A DNA stretch of 64,000 nt from a candidate division FCPU426 bacterium (GTDB taxonomy: Bacteria > Oederibacteriota > JAAXVQ01 > JAUVAV01), in assembly GCA_040756875.1 (NCBI GenBank), contig JBFLYH010000001.1, positions 416,001-480,000 of the forward strand, written 5' to 3'. Below are positions 20,406 to 29,980 of this stretch, piece after piece. Each line of letters opens with the position of its first letter. The first letter of the stretch is position 1. A program made the position numbers and the translations under genes. The notes beneath the pieces are model-generated. The model was not told where the DNA came from and searched no databases. It worked only from the letters and a program-made list of their open reading frames with translations.

Positions 20406-21215
20406 ATGGGATCATGGCTGAAATGGGCGGGGGCGGGATTGCTGATCCTGTCAGGAGGGTGCGCGCACCTGGGCGGCTTGTTGGAGCCGCCGCGCGTCTC
20501 CGTGCAATCCTTGCGGCCCGTGTCCATCACCGCCTCGCACCTGGAATTCGTGGCCAAACTGGCGGTCGCAAACCAACTTCCCTTGTCCCTGCCACTCGAG
20601 CAACTGGCGTTTGCAGTGCAAATCAACGGCCATGCTTTTGCCAACGGCGTGCTGGCCAATCTTCCGGCTCTGGGCGCCGGCGAGGAAAAGACGCTGGACG
20701 TGCCTTTTGCAGTGGGCATGAAGGAATTGCTGGCCGTTGTGGGTGAAATTACCTCGCGTTCCCCAATGCGCGTGGATTTCCAGGGACGCCTGAACCTGGG
20801 CGGCCAGGTGCCCCTGCCTGCAGTTCCGTTCGCGCTGGGCGTGGATTTGCCCGTGCCGCGCCTGCCGCGTGTCTCGTTTGCGGGATTCTCGCTGCTCAAG
20901 GGCAATAAAGCCGTGGGTGTGTCTTTCAAATTCGAAAACCTTAATTCCTTTCCCCTGACGTTGAATGCCCTGCAAGCCCAGGTTAAACTCGATCAATCCG
21001 CGTATTCGCTGGTTTCCTTGGCCGAACCCGTGCCCATGAAAGCCGGCCAGACCTCGCTGGTGCAGCTGCAATTGGGTGACAGTTGGCAAAAAGTCGCCGG
21101 CCTGGCCGCTCAACTGATGATGGGTAAAAAACTCACGCCCCGTTTCGCCGGCGAGGCCGCGGCTGACAGCGAATACGGGCAACTCAAGATTCCGCTGGAT
21201 CTCTTGGGCAAGTAG
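20406..21215 (+). CDS. LEA_2/WHy-domain lipoprotein (two domains)
   Basis: Lipobox LSGGC; P.VSV, L.V.N....L and FENLNSFPL repeats; GGAGG RBS. Confidence 0.8.
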   Translation: MGSWLKWAGAGLLILSGGCAHLGGLLEPPRVSVQSLRPVSITASHLEFVAKLAVANQLPLSLPLEQLAFAVQINGHAFANGVLANLPALGAGEEKTLDVPFAVGMKELLAVVGEITSRSPMRVDFQGRLNLGGQVPLPAVPFALGVDLPVPRLPRVSFAGFSLLKGNKAVGVSFKFENLNSFPLTLNALQAQVKLDQSAYSLVSLAEPVPMKAGQTSLVQLQLGDSWQKVAGLAAQLMMGKKLTPRFAGEAAADSEYGQLKIPLDLLGK

Positions 21216-21235
21216 GAACAACCGGTGGAACCCAG

Positions 21236-21871
21236 GTGACGCAAATGTGGAAAATCGCGACAGGTATAATTGCTCTTCTGGCGGTTGGCGCTGGCATCGC
21301 TTTCTGGCTCGCCGGCTGGTTCGAACAGCCGAATGTTATGGAAAAACCCGCGGGGCCCTACCTGATGGTGTATGAGAAGTTCGAGGGCGAATACCAGCAG
21401 GCCGGTGAAAAGCTGCTGGATATGACCCACGTTCTCAAAGCACAGGGTTTGCACCCGGTAAAACAATTCTACATGTATTTCGACAATCCCCTGGAGAGCG
21501 AGCGCGGCCGTCTGCGCTACATCGCTGGAATCATCCTGGATGAGGCGGATGCCAGCCGGTTCCCGGAGATCGCCCAAACTTACGTAGTCAGGACTTTCCC
21601 GCTCCAAGACTGCCTCAAAGCCGTCACCTCCTACCGGACGCGCCTGTCGACTCTCTTCGGGATCATGAAAGTGTATCCGGCGCTGGAAAAACTCCGCGAA
21701 CAACGCGGATATGCTAAAAATCCGTTCGTGGAAATATATGACGAGACCAACCAGCTGATTGTCTACTTGCTGCCCGTGGAGTCCAGGACCAAGTGGACGG
21801 AGGATTATTATCTCCGTGCTGAAGTGGCCGGGCAGGCGGCGCCCGTGACCCCGTCTGCTAAAACACCATAA
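21236..21871 (+). CDS. Membrane-anchored GyrI-like small-molecule-binding domain protein
   Basis: N-terminal TM; F.G.Y, Y.DNP...R.IAG, KVYP.L, EIY motifs. Confidence 0.7.
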   Translation: MTQMWKIATGIIALLAVGAGIAFWLAGWFEQPNVMEKPAGPYLMVYEKFEGEYQQAGEKLLDMTHVLKAQGLHPVKQFYMYFDNPLESERGRLRYIAGIILDEADASRFPEIAQTYVVRTFPLQDCLKAVTSYRTRLSTLFGIMKVYPALEKLREQRGYAKNPFVEIYDETNQLIVYLLPVESRTKWTEDYYLRAEVAGQAAPVTPSAKTP

Positions 21872-21897
21872 TCCATTCCCTTTGAACGGAGCGTGCC

Positions 21898-22527
21898 ATG
21901 AGACTGAACAATTTCCCCAAAGCAATGCCTGGATGGGCGGCGGTCGCGCTTCTCCTGATCCTGGGGCCGGCGATGGTTCTGGCCGCCGGCAATCCTCCGC
22001 AAAACCAGGAGGCGGAAGTCCTGGCTGTAGAGGACGCGAACCTACTGCGCGTGCGGATAGGCCAAGCCGCCAGCCTGGTGCAGTTGGCTGGTTTGCAGCG
22101 GACCGGGTACGAGCTTGCGCCCGAACGATGCCAACGGGAGTCCAAAGAGCATCCCAAGGTTTGCCAGTTGGGCGATACTGTCTGCGCCGCGGGACTTGCG
22201 GAGGACGATCCATGTCATCCGCGGGTGCAGTCCTATCGGAACTTGAGGGCCCAGGCGTTTTTACAGGGATTGATTGAGGGGCAGAAAGTTCGGCTTCAAT
22301 ATCTTGCTTTTCAGACGGATTCCGGCCCGCGGCCGGCGCTGGTTTATCGGAGCCTGGATGGTATTTTCGTCAACCTGGCCATGGTGAGGAAGGGCTACGC
22401 CTTAGTGGCGGAAAAACCCGACTTCGAGCAGTTGGAAAGCCTGCGCCAGGCCCAAACCCAGGCCCGCGGAGAAAAGGCGGGGTTGTGGGGCGCGCCGCTG
22501 CCGGTGGAACAACCTCCCGCGCCTTAA
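21898..22527 (+). CDS. Thermonuclease (SNase) fold protein with degenerate active site
   Basis: Signal peptide; VNL.MV..GYA, Q..AR..K.GLW tail; start may be ATG 21925. Confidence 0.75.
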   Translation: MRLNNFPKAMPGWAAVALLLILGPAMVLAAGNPPQNQEAEVLAVEDANLLRVRIGQAASLVQLAGLQRTGYELAPERCQRESKEHPKVCQLGDTVCAAGLAEDDPCHPRVQSYRNLRAQAFLQGLIEGQKVRLQYLAFQTDSGPRPALVYRSLDGIFVNLAMVRKGYALVAEKPDFEQLESLRQAQTQARGEKAGLWGAPLPVEQPPAP

Positions 22528-22576
22528 ACGAACGGCCGCTTCGCGCCAAGCCCGGCGCAAGCGGTTGGGAGTCCTC

Positions 22577-23356
22577 TCACAAGGTGGGCAATTCCGGTTC
22601 GGGTTTTTCCCATTCATAGGAGTCAATCACCCGATAAACCGCCATTTTCTTGTCGGTCGTCTGGCCCTGATGCTGCAGCAGGCGCTGACGTTTGGCGTCG
22701 TACCAGAAATAGTATTTATACGGCCAAAAAGACGCCAAACGGCCTTCGGCAATAGCCAGTTCGAAGCATAATGCGGACACTTCGGAGGATTGCCAGGCGA
22801 GATTCTCGGTCTTCACGTGCTTGAGATACATCGGCACCGGCCCGACCAACTGTGCGATAAGAAAGCGCAGGAACGGATCGGGAATGCGGCTGAGATTGCT
22901 TTGCACCAGTTTGAAGTTCAGCCGGCCGTTCACAGGCGGTTGAAACACTGAAAAAAGGTAAAACAGGGAACCGCTGTTGTCGAAAATATCCCCCTCCAGT
23001 GGATAACGGACGTTCAGGTCGCCTTTCATTTCCAAATATTTTTCCCGGTAATGATAAACGGTCTGGGAGGTCAACCGCCGCTCCGGATTGTAGTACATTG
23101 CCCGCATGAGGCGGTGCGGCGGTTCGAAAAAGGCGACCTCTTTGTCGCCGAATTCATTGTAATAGGTGACTACGGTCAGGCCGGGCTGGAATTCCACGAC
23201 CATGGTGTTTTGCTGGTGCGTGTCCTCGATCTGCAGATCCAGGATGAATGTTTCCATGCGGACCGCGGCCGCCGGGACCGGCTGCCAGGCCGCTGCCGAG
23301 GCGGCAATGACAAGCGGCAGCATCTTTACTAGAGGAAGTAGCTTCCTTCGGGTCAT
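22577..23356 (-). CDS. Hypothetical exported protein
   Basis: Signal-like N-terminus, beta-rich body; ATGA overlap with the upstream GH gene. Confidence 0.65.
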   Translation of the reverse strand: MTRRKLLPLVKMLPLVIAASAAAWQPVPAAAVRMETFILDLQIEDTHQQNTMVVEFQPGLTVVTYYNEFGDKEVAFFEPPHRLMRAMYYNPERRLTSQTVYHYREKYLEMKGDLNVRYPLEGDIFDNSGSLFYLFSVFQPPVNGRLNFKLVQSNLSRIPDPFLRFLIAQLVGPVPMYLKHVKTENLAWQSSEVSALCFELAIAEGRLASFWPYKYYFWYDAKRQRLLQHQGQTTDKKMAVYRVIDSYEWEKPEPELPTL

Positions 23357-25092
23357 GCGTTCCTGCCTTCTTCCAGCCTGTAGAGGCGCAGTTCGAGGCT
23401 CGCCGCCTGCAGGTGTTCCGGGCCCCCTTCTTCAGAAGCCTGCACACGGATCTCCAAGAACGGGTTCTTTGTATCATCCCAAAAGAGCGGATGAATGTCC
23501 AGTTCCACGGTGCGCCAGGTTTGCGTGCCGGTTTTGCGGAAACGGGCCAATTCCACTCCCGCCGGCTCCCCGGGGTTGACTTGCACAATGCGCAGGAACA
23601 ACCGGTTGTCGTCAAGGAAGGTGATCTGCAGCCGGCCGGTCAACCCGCGCACCTGTTGCCAGGGCAGCGCAGCCGGCTTGAGGTTGAGCACCACCGCAGG
23701 GGGCGTTTCGGATTGCTCACGGGAGGCAACTTCCAGGCCGGCGGGCGTTTCTTCGGCCGCCCACGCCAGGCGCACATCCCGTTGGGAGAGAAGGGAACGC
23801 GCGCGGATTGTTTCGCCCTCGAGCGAAGTCAGCAGGGATTCGGCGTGTTGGTCGGGTGCATGGCTTAACGCCAAAGCCGTCTGCTCCGCGAGTTTGGACA
23901 GCCGGGAACGGATGTCAGCGGGTCCGCCCATTCGCTCCAGGAACCGTAGGAACCGGCGGCATTCGTACAGACGCAGTGGCCAGCGCAGGCTCTCGGCGGA
24001 CAGGCGGAGCTTTTTCCACTCACTGATCCGGCGCTGCGTGGCTTCGAGCTCCGCATAGCCCAGCTCCCGGCTGGGTTCGATGATCGTCGATTCCACCCAG
24101 TCATTCCAGGTTTCCTGCAAAATTGTCGAGGCGCCGGAGCGGACAGCCAGGTCCCAAGTTCGTTGCAGCATGCGGCCATCTTCCCGCGGAACGTAACGCG
24201 CCAAGTCCTCGCCCCAGGCCCGGCCGCGGTGGTCGTCAAACCCGGGCCAGACGCCGGCCAGAAACAGAGCCAGGCGGCGTTCCCGCACGGCAGCCTGGGC
24301 GTGCGCATAAAAATGACCGAGATGATTGGTCTGGGCGGCCAGGTCGCCGATGCGGTCATAGGGGCTGTTGGCCGGAACCGGTGAACCGTACGGCAAGACC
24401 CAGGGATAGAACCCGTCCAGCTGATCCAGAAGCTCGGTCTGATAATGGGGGGACAGCAGCAGGGGTTCGAAATCCCGGACCGCTGCCCGCAGGGCCTGGA
24501 TTTCATTGGCGGAGAAATGCGTGTCCCGTACCACGGTCGGAAGATAATCGCCGGCGCGCACGCCGAAGATCAAAATCAGCGGCCGTCCGTTGACCCGGAC
24601 GCCGGCCCGGCTGTATACCTCTCCCAGAACCTGCCGCAGCGTTGCTTTGGCTGCTTCCAGCATTTCCACGCGGTTTTCAGCGCCTACCTGGTTGGTGAAA
24701 TTAACCGGGATCCAGTGGATGCCAACCTTGAAGCTGTATTTCTCCGCCAGACGCGCCATGCGGATGGGCACTTGCCCGTCATGGCCCTGGCTGGTGGAAA
24801 ATTCGCACAAGAACCCGTCCAGACCGGCCAGTTTGGCCAGCAGAATATGGTACTCAAGCACGTCCGGATCCAGGGTATCGTACGGGCCAATCAGGGGATA
24901 AAACGGGGTGGAGGTTTCCTTGCGGTCTGCGCCGGGCGAAAGATACAAATCGCCGCTCCATTGGACTTTTTCGCCGTGATAATAGCGCCACTGATCCGAT
25001 TGGCCGGACACGTCGCGGGTTTGGAAGCTCGTGAAATAATCGGCGAAAATTTGCCGGGGTGTGGAACCGGGAACAGGGGAAGGGGCTGACAT
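23353..25092 (-). CDS. Glycoside hydrolase family 99/71-like protein
   Basis: YPLIGPYD..DP, AGLDGF, GRPLI.IF, V.PGFDD, ETWNDW.E...IEP; ATG 25092 follows the upstream stop at 25101. Confidence 0.8.
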   Translation of the reverse strand: MSAPSPVPGSTPRQIFADYFTSFQTRDVSGQSDQWRYYHGEKVQWSGDLYLSPGADRKETSTPFYPLIGPYDTLDPDVLEYHILLAKLAGLDGFLCEFSTSQGHDGQVPIRMARLAEKYSFKVGIHWIPVNFTNQVGAENRVEMLEAAKATLRQVLGEVYSRAGVRVNGRPLILIFGVRAGDYLPTVVRDTHFSANEIQALRAAVRDFEPLLLSPHYQTELLDQLDGFYPWVLPYGSPVPANSPYDRIGDLAAQTNHLGHFYAHAQAAVRERRLALFLAGVWPGFDDHRGRAWGEDLARYVPREDGRMLQRTWDLAVRSGASTILQETWNDWVESTIIEPSRELGYAELEATQRRISEWKKLRLSAESLRWPLRLYECRRFLRFLERMGGPADIRSRLSKLAEQTALALSHAPDQHAESLLTSLEGETIRARSLLSQRDVRLAWAAEETPAGLEVASREQSETPPAVVLNLKPAALPWQQVRGLTGRLQITFLDDNRLFLRIVQVNPGEPAGVELARFRKTGTQTWRTVELDIHPLFWDDTKNPFLEIRVQASEEGGPEHLQAASLELRLYRLEEGRNA

Positions 25093-25100
25093 GCGCTGAG

Positions 25101-25859
25101 TTAAAAATAGAAATTGAATTGATAACGCACGAACGGCCCGCTGTAGTCGATGGACAAATCGCTTCCACCGGGCGTTTGCGGGGTAATTTCCGCGCCTTGG
25201 AGGTCTTTGGCCAGGATCGATTCGATCTTCGCCCACCGGTAACCGGCTTCCAATCCCAGAGAAAACCACTCCCACACCCAGAATTCCACGCCTGCCATGG
25301 CTTTCATCCCCCAACCCTGTCCACGGAAGGGAATGCCTTGGGAGGAGTATACGGTGCCGGTGAGCGTGCCCCGCGATTCCATCGCTTCGGAAGCGTTGGT
25401 CAGGGAGATGAAGGACCAGCCTGCCCCGGCCGAGAGGACCAGCAGATGATTAACCGGCCAGGCGGCCCGCACCACTCCGCTCAATTCCAGGGCCGGAACG
25501 CGCAGAATATAATATTGATCCTGCGGCGGGAAAGGCGCGCCGGCGCCCAGTTTGACCGAGGTGTCGGTGGTCAGGTAGGAAAGATCCAGGCCGGCCAGCA
25601 GATAATCGCAGATGCCGTATTGCAGGCCTGTGCCCAGGTCCAATCCCCAGGACATGGACGGAACCGAGGGGGTCGTGGGCAGGGGCAGGAGCACGGAATG
25701 CCGGACAGCCAACGCGCGGTTGAGGTCGTCCATGGAAAAGAAGCCCAGCCCCGGATGCAGCGACAGCATGAACCGCCCGCCCAGCGGCGCCGCGGGCAGG
25801 AAGGCCGGAAGCAAACCGGATAAAAGCAATACGATGAAAGACCACAGTGGCTTTTTCAT
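25101..25859 (-). CDS. Outer-membrane beta-barrel protein (small, OmpW/OmpA-TM-like)
   Basis: Signal peptide MKKPLW..., amphipathic strands (AGVEFW, GLEAGYR), terminal YQFNFYF. Confidence 0.8.
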   Translation of the reverse strand: MKKPLWSFIVLLLSGLLPAFLPAAPLGGRFMLSLHPGLGFFSMDDLNRALAVRHSVLLPLPTTPSVPSMSWGLDLGTGLQYGICDYLLAGLDLSYLTTDTSVKLGAGAPFPPQDQYYILRVPALELSGVVRAAWPVNHLLVLSAGAGWSFISLTNASEAMESRGTLTGTVYSSQGIPFRGQGWGMKAMAGVEFWVWEWFSLGLEAGYRWAKIESILAKDLQGAEITPQTPGGSDLSIDYSGPFVRYQFNFYF

Positions 25860-26126
25860 TGGTGCAAATCGCCTCGGACGGGCTTTGGATAGGCCTAGTA
25901 TAGGAAACAGGCAATTAAATTTAAAGAGATATTTTAAATTTGGCGTTAAGATGCCGTTAACTATCATTTGAAACGCACTTCGGCCAGAAGTCGGTAAAGG
26001 ATTCAGGGGAATGGGGCCAATCAATGTTATTCCGACTTATTTGCAGGCCCCATTTTCCTTGTTATTTAGAAGGGTTTATACTATTATTACACACACGGTT
26101 TTCATTTTCCGGTTGAGGTGATTCCC

Positions 26127-27845
26127 TTGAGAAAGCTACTTCTGTTTTTCGCGGCTTGTTCATTGTCGATCTCAACCGCACATGCGGCTTCGGTCGAAGC
26201 GTTCACGTTTGATCCCAGCACGACCATAACGGCGGTTGCGGGTTTTTCTTTCCTGACGAACTTGGTGAAAACTACGGATGGCGGCCAGGATGGCACGTAC
26301 AACGGAACTGCCAACGTGGTTGCGGTCCATCAAACCCGCGGCCCAGTGACCATCACGCCTTCCCAGGTCACTTTCACGGGCGGCCGGATCAACGGTACGA
26401 GTTTTCAAATTGATATCGCCGGCCCTATCGATGTGACGTTGACGGATACTGTCACTCCCGCGCTCACCAGCTGGGCCGGCCATGTGGATGTCGGCCCCGG
26501 GGCGGTGCATCACTTTACCACGCTGTATCAGCAAGGGCCTGTAATGCGCATAACCCAACCTGGCACCTCCACACCCGGATACACCCCCTACTGGGTTACC
26601 ATTACTGCTGGCGCGCCCTGCGCGGTTTCGATCGTGGCGTTGGATATGCTGAATAACACCATTCCCATTGGCGCCACGATCACGGTGTCTGATAACTATT
26701 CAGTGCCGATCTGGTCAGATGTACAAAGCCAAATTCTTGGCATTGCCAGTTACAATTGGACGCCCAATCCGCCAACCACGGCGCCTAATTTCACTTTCTT
26801 AATCAATCCAGCCTCGCCGTATGAAAATCCTTCATTGTATCCGATTCTCGGCAACGGCGTTTCACTGGTCATTCCCACCACCTATTACATCTGGATTTCC
26901 GCACCAGCGACGGTTTATGCCGGCGTTCCTTTCTCGGTCCAATTTTCCGCCTCGGACAGCAATCTCTATAACAGCCCTCAATCCAGCGCCAGCAGTTACG
27001 TATTGCAAGTCAACGCCCTGTTGTTGGATGCGAGCCCGGGGAACGGCACGCTGACGCCGCAGACCGTGCAGATCGGCACGGATGGCACCAAGACGCAGAA
27101 TTTTACCTACACCCGGGCCGAAACGATTTACCTGGACGTGTCGAAGATCTCGCCCACGGGCAGCGGCACGCGCACCATCGAGCGCGCCTTCTCGCCGCAG
27201 ATCCAGGTGATGGCCAGTTCGCCGACGCAGATTTCGGCTTCGGCCGCGCCGACGGCCATCCAGGCCGGCAAAACCTCGGTCATTTCCGCGACCGTGCTGG
27301 ACGCCTACCAGAACCCCGTGCCCAATGTCCCGGTCAGCTTCACCAAGACCCAGGGCTCGGCTGAATCGGTCATTTCGCCGGCCACGGCCCAGACCAATGA
27401 CAGCGGCGTGGCGCAGGCAACGCTGACCGGCGGCATCACGAACGAGACCGTGGCCATTGAATGCCGCGCCAACACCCTGGTGGCAAGCACGAGCGTCCGG
27501 GTGTCCGTGGCCTCGCCGGACGGCGATGCCATGATCAATTATCCGAATCCCTTCGACCCCAACGAGACGAAAACTTCCATCAATTATTTCCTCAATTACG
27601 AATCGGAAATGGAAATCCGAATCTATGACGCCTTTGGCCGCGTGGTGCTGGCCAAGGATCTGAAACCCGGCCAGGGCAGTGGCGATTTCGCCAATGCCAC
27701 ACTGTCCGGAGGCGCCAATTTCCTCTGGGACGGCCGGAACGGGGAAGGCCGTGTGGTCGCCAACGGCATTTACCTGGTCAAAGTCAAAGCCAAGAGCCGA
27801 AACGGCACACAAGAATTTAAACGACGCGTGGGGGTGATTAAATGA
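26127..27845 (+). CDS. Secreted Ig-like (Big_1) protein with FlgD/T9SS-type C-terminal domain
   Basis: TTG start after GAGGTG gives signal peptide MRKLLLFF..AHA (GTG 26118 is an alternative); ATVLDAYQNPVPNVPVSF..TNDSGVA Big_1 motif; NYPNPFDP..IRIYD..G..WDGRN..G..VANGIY. Confidence 0.85.
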   Translation: MRKLLLFFAACSLSISTAHAASVEAFTFDPSTTITAVAGFSFLTNLVKTTDGGQDGTYNGTANVVAVHQTRGPVTITPSQVTFTGGRINGTSFQIDIAGPIDVTLTDTVTPALTSWAGHVDVGPGAVHHFTTLYQQGPVMRITQPGTSTPGYTPYWVTITAGAPCAVSIVALDMLNNTIPIGATITVSDNYSVPIWSDVQSQILGIASYNWTPNPPTTAPNFTFLINPASPYENPSLYPILGNGVSLVIPTTYYIWISAPATVYAGVPFSVQFSASDSNLYNSPQSSASSYVLQVNALLLDASPGNGTLTPQTVQIGTDGTKTQNFTYTRAETIYLDVSKISPTGSGTRTIERAFSPQIQVMASSPTQISASAAPTAIQAGKTSVISATVLDAYQNPVPNVPVSFTKTQGSAESVISPATAQTNDSGVAQATLTGGITNETVAIECRANTLVASTSVRVSVASPDGDAMINYPNPFDPNETKTSINYFLNYESEMEIRIYDAFGRVVLAKDLKPGQGSGDFANATLSGGANFLWDGRNGEGRVVANGIYLVKVKAKSRNGTQEFKRRVGVIK

Positions 27846-29110
27846 AGCGCCTGATCCGCACCCTGGGAACGATGCTGCTGTCCGCGGCCCTGGCTTTTTC
27901 GGCTGAGGGTGTGTGCCTGGCCGGCTCGAACGGAGACGCCGGCCAAGCCGGAGCGTTTCTCACTTATGGAGCCGGCGCGCGCGCCATCGGCATGGGCCGT
28001 GCCTTTGTCGGCTTGGCCGACGACGCCACGGCTGTTTATTGGAATCCGGGCGGCCTTTCCGGCTTGCGGCAAAATCAAGTGTTGCTGCAGCACGCTTTAT
28101 TGGTGGATGGCAGCACGTACCAGTATCTCGGATACGGGCATATCCTGCCTTATATCGGATCAGTTGGATTCGGATTGCTCATGTTGAACCAGGGCGATGC
28201 CGAAGGCCGCACGATCGACAACCAGGTGACCTCGAGTTTCAACAACCGTCAATTGGGTGTGTTGCTCGGGTTTGGCTCGGATCTTACCCCCCAGCTGGCC
28301 GTGGGCGGCAGCCTTAAATTAATCAACCAGACTTTCTACAATCTGAGCGGAACGGGTTTTGGCCTGGACCTGGGGCTGATGTACCGGGTTTTACCTATGC
28401 TTAATCTCGGCCTGGCGTTCCAGAATTTGCTGGCGCCGTCGATCACCCTGAAATCCGCGGCTGAAACCTATCCAATGAACATGGCTTTCGGCGTGGGCGC
28501 CCTGTTGTTTGAGGAACGCCTGAAGCTTGATTTGGATCTTGCTAAAAATATGGAACAGGATTCTCTCAAACCCCGGTTCGGCTTCGAGCTGGCGCCGGTG
28601 CCCGACCTGCGCGATTTATGCGTGCGCGCCGGCATTGATGACACTGAAATAGGCGTGGGCGCGGGATATGCATATCAGGGTTTTCAATTGGATTATGCCC
28701 TGGGCTTCCAGACAGTCGAAATGATGCATAAAGTGACCCTGTCTTACGGTTTCGGCGGTTTCGTGCTGGAAGTGAATCCGGAACCGGCCTCCTTTTCGCC
28801 CGTGGGCATCAATAAAGTCTCCGTCCTTAGAATCAAGTCCCATACCAAATTCCAAATTCGCGTCTGGACCATGGAAATCACCAACGAAGCCGGCGCCTTG
28901 GTGCGGAAGTACACCGGCGAAGGCATGCCGCCTTCCCATATCGTTTGGGATGGGCTGCAGGATAACCTCACTCCCATGCCAGATGGGAGATACCAGGTGG
29001 TTCTGACCGTGGAAGACGCCTCCGGTGCAACCAGAAAATCCTCGGAAGCCTGGGTAAGCATCCAGAGTGTCTTGCCTTTGGGTGTATCGCCGGTAGAAGT
29101 GGTCGAGTAA
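27842..29110 (+). CDS. PorV/PorQ-family (UPF0164) beta-barrel with C-terminal FlgD-like Ig domain
   Basis: FL..G.GARA.GMG.AF..LADDATA.YWNP.GL; DLG..Y; DYA...H.V.L; tail FSPVG..W....WDG..PDG.Y; ATGA-coupled to the preceding gene. Confidence 0.88.
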   Translation: MKRLIRTLGTMLLSAALAFSAEGVCLAGSNGDAGQAGAFLTYGAGARAIGMGRAFVGLADDATAVYWNPGGLSGLRQNQVLLQHALLVDGSTYQYLGYGHILPYIGSVGFGLLMLNQGDAEGRTIDNQVTSSFNNRQLGVLLGFGSDLTPQLAVGGSLKLINQTFYNLSGTGFGLDLGLMYRVLPMLNLGLAFQNLLAPSITLKSAAETYPMNMAFGVGALLFEERLKLDLDLAKNMEQDSLKPRFGFELAPVPDLRDLCVRAGIDDTEIGVGAGYAYQGFQLDYALGFQTVEMMHKVTLSYGFGGFVLEVNPEPASFSPVGINKVSVLRIKSHTKFQIRVWTMEITNEAGALVRKYTGEGMPPSHIVWDGLQDNLTPMPDGRYQVVLTVEDASGATRKSSEAWVSIQSVLPLGVSPVEVVE

Positions 29111-29248
29111 ACCCTGGCAACGGTAGCTCGCTAGCGCGTGGGTCCGGAAAGGTCTCTGGACAACCGAATCCTATAAACGCCTTTTTGACATTTCTTAAAA
29201 CCTAGATTCCTGCCAGGGGATTGAAAAACAATAATTTTTCAGTACTCC

Positions 29249-29277
29249 TTGACTTCCGGAAGATAAATTGTTAATAT
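29249..29277 (+). promoter_or_regulatory. Putative sigma70 promoter
   Basis: TTGACT-N17-TAATAT with extended -10 TG, in an AT-rich spacer upstream of 29372. Confidence 0.5.
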
Positions 29278-29371
29278 TTGTCTAGTTTTTGGGGTACCTG
29301 TATTTTATTGTGTTTTTCCACCAGGCTCGCATTACAGAGCCAACCATTCCATCACAAAGGGGAGACCCACA

Positions 29372-29935
29372 GTGGCCCAGCAGGCACAGCCTCAGCAGCC
29401 GACATTTAAACGCAAGCAGATTTACATCAATATGGATCTGCAGTTTAAATACTCCCTGATTCTTATTTTCACCATGTTCGTAGAGATGGTGATCGTTGGA
29501 TTGGCCCTGCTGTATGTTTTTTCCCAGCCTAAGCCCGACATTCCGGGGGCCAATATCTATTTCATCTATAAAGTGGTTTTGGCCATCATTATTTTCCTGA
29601 CCTTGTGCAACATTACCGTGGGTGTTTGCCTTTCCCATAAAGTGGCCGGCCCCTTGTTCCGTTTTGTCATGGTTTCGCGTGAATTAGCCAACGGGAATTT
29701 AAAAATCCAGGCCAATCTGCGCAAAGGCGACGAGCTTCGCGAACTGGAGGCCGCATTCAATGATATGACCGAGCGGCTGCGCTCTGTCATTCGGGATGAC
29801 CGCAAACGGCTTGAGGATATCAAGGACGCAGTCAAGGTAATCGAGGAGAATGCCCCGAAATCTGGAAAAATTCAGGAAGAAATACAATTTATCCGGGAGG
29901 CCGTTGACAAGGTAACCAGATATTTTACGATTTAG
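29372..29935 (+). CDS. Two-TM HAMP-domain protein without output domain
   Basis: RKQIYI...Q.KY, two hydrophobic helices, SHKVAGPLFR, LRKGDEL..L..AFN.M, short coiled coil. Confidence 0.8.
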   Translation: MAQQAQPQQPTFKRKQIYINMDLQFKYSLILIFTMFVEMVIVGLALLYVFSQPKPDIPGANIYFIYKVVLAIIIFLTLCNITVGVCLSHKVAGPLFRFVMVSRELANGNLKIQANLRKGDELRELEAAFNDMTERLRSVIRDDRKRLEDIKDAVKVIEENAPKSGKIQEEIQFIREAVDKVTRYFTI

Positions 29936-29980
29936 TATCACCGGTTGCAGTCGCGGTTGTGTATGCTGATGAGGGGTCAT

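Noticed and set aside
29112-29218. 8-bp inverted repeat CCCTGGCA...TGCCAGGG as a MITE or riboswitch
   Set aside because: Too short, single copy, no target duplication, and no riboswitch consensus that I can recognise.
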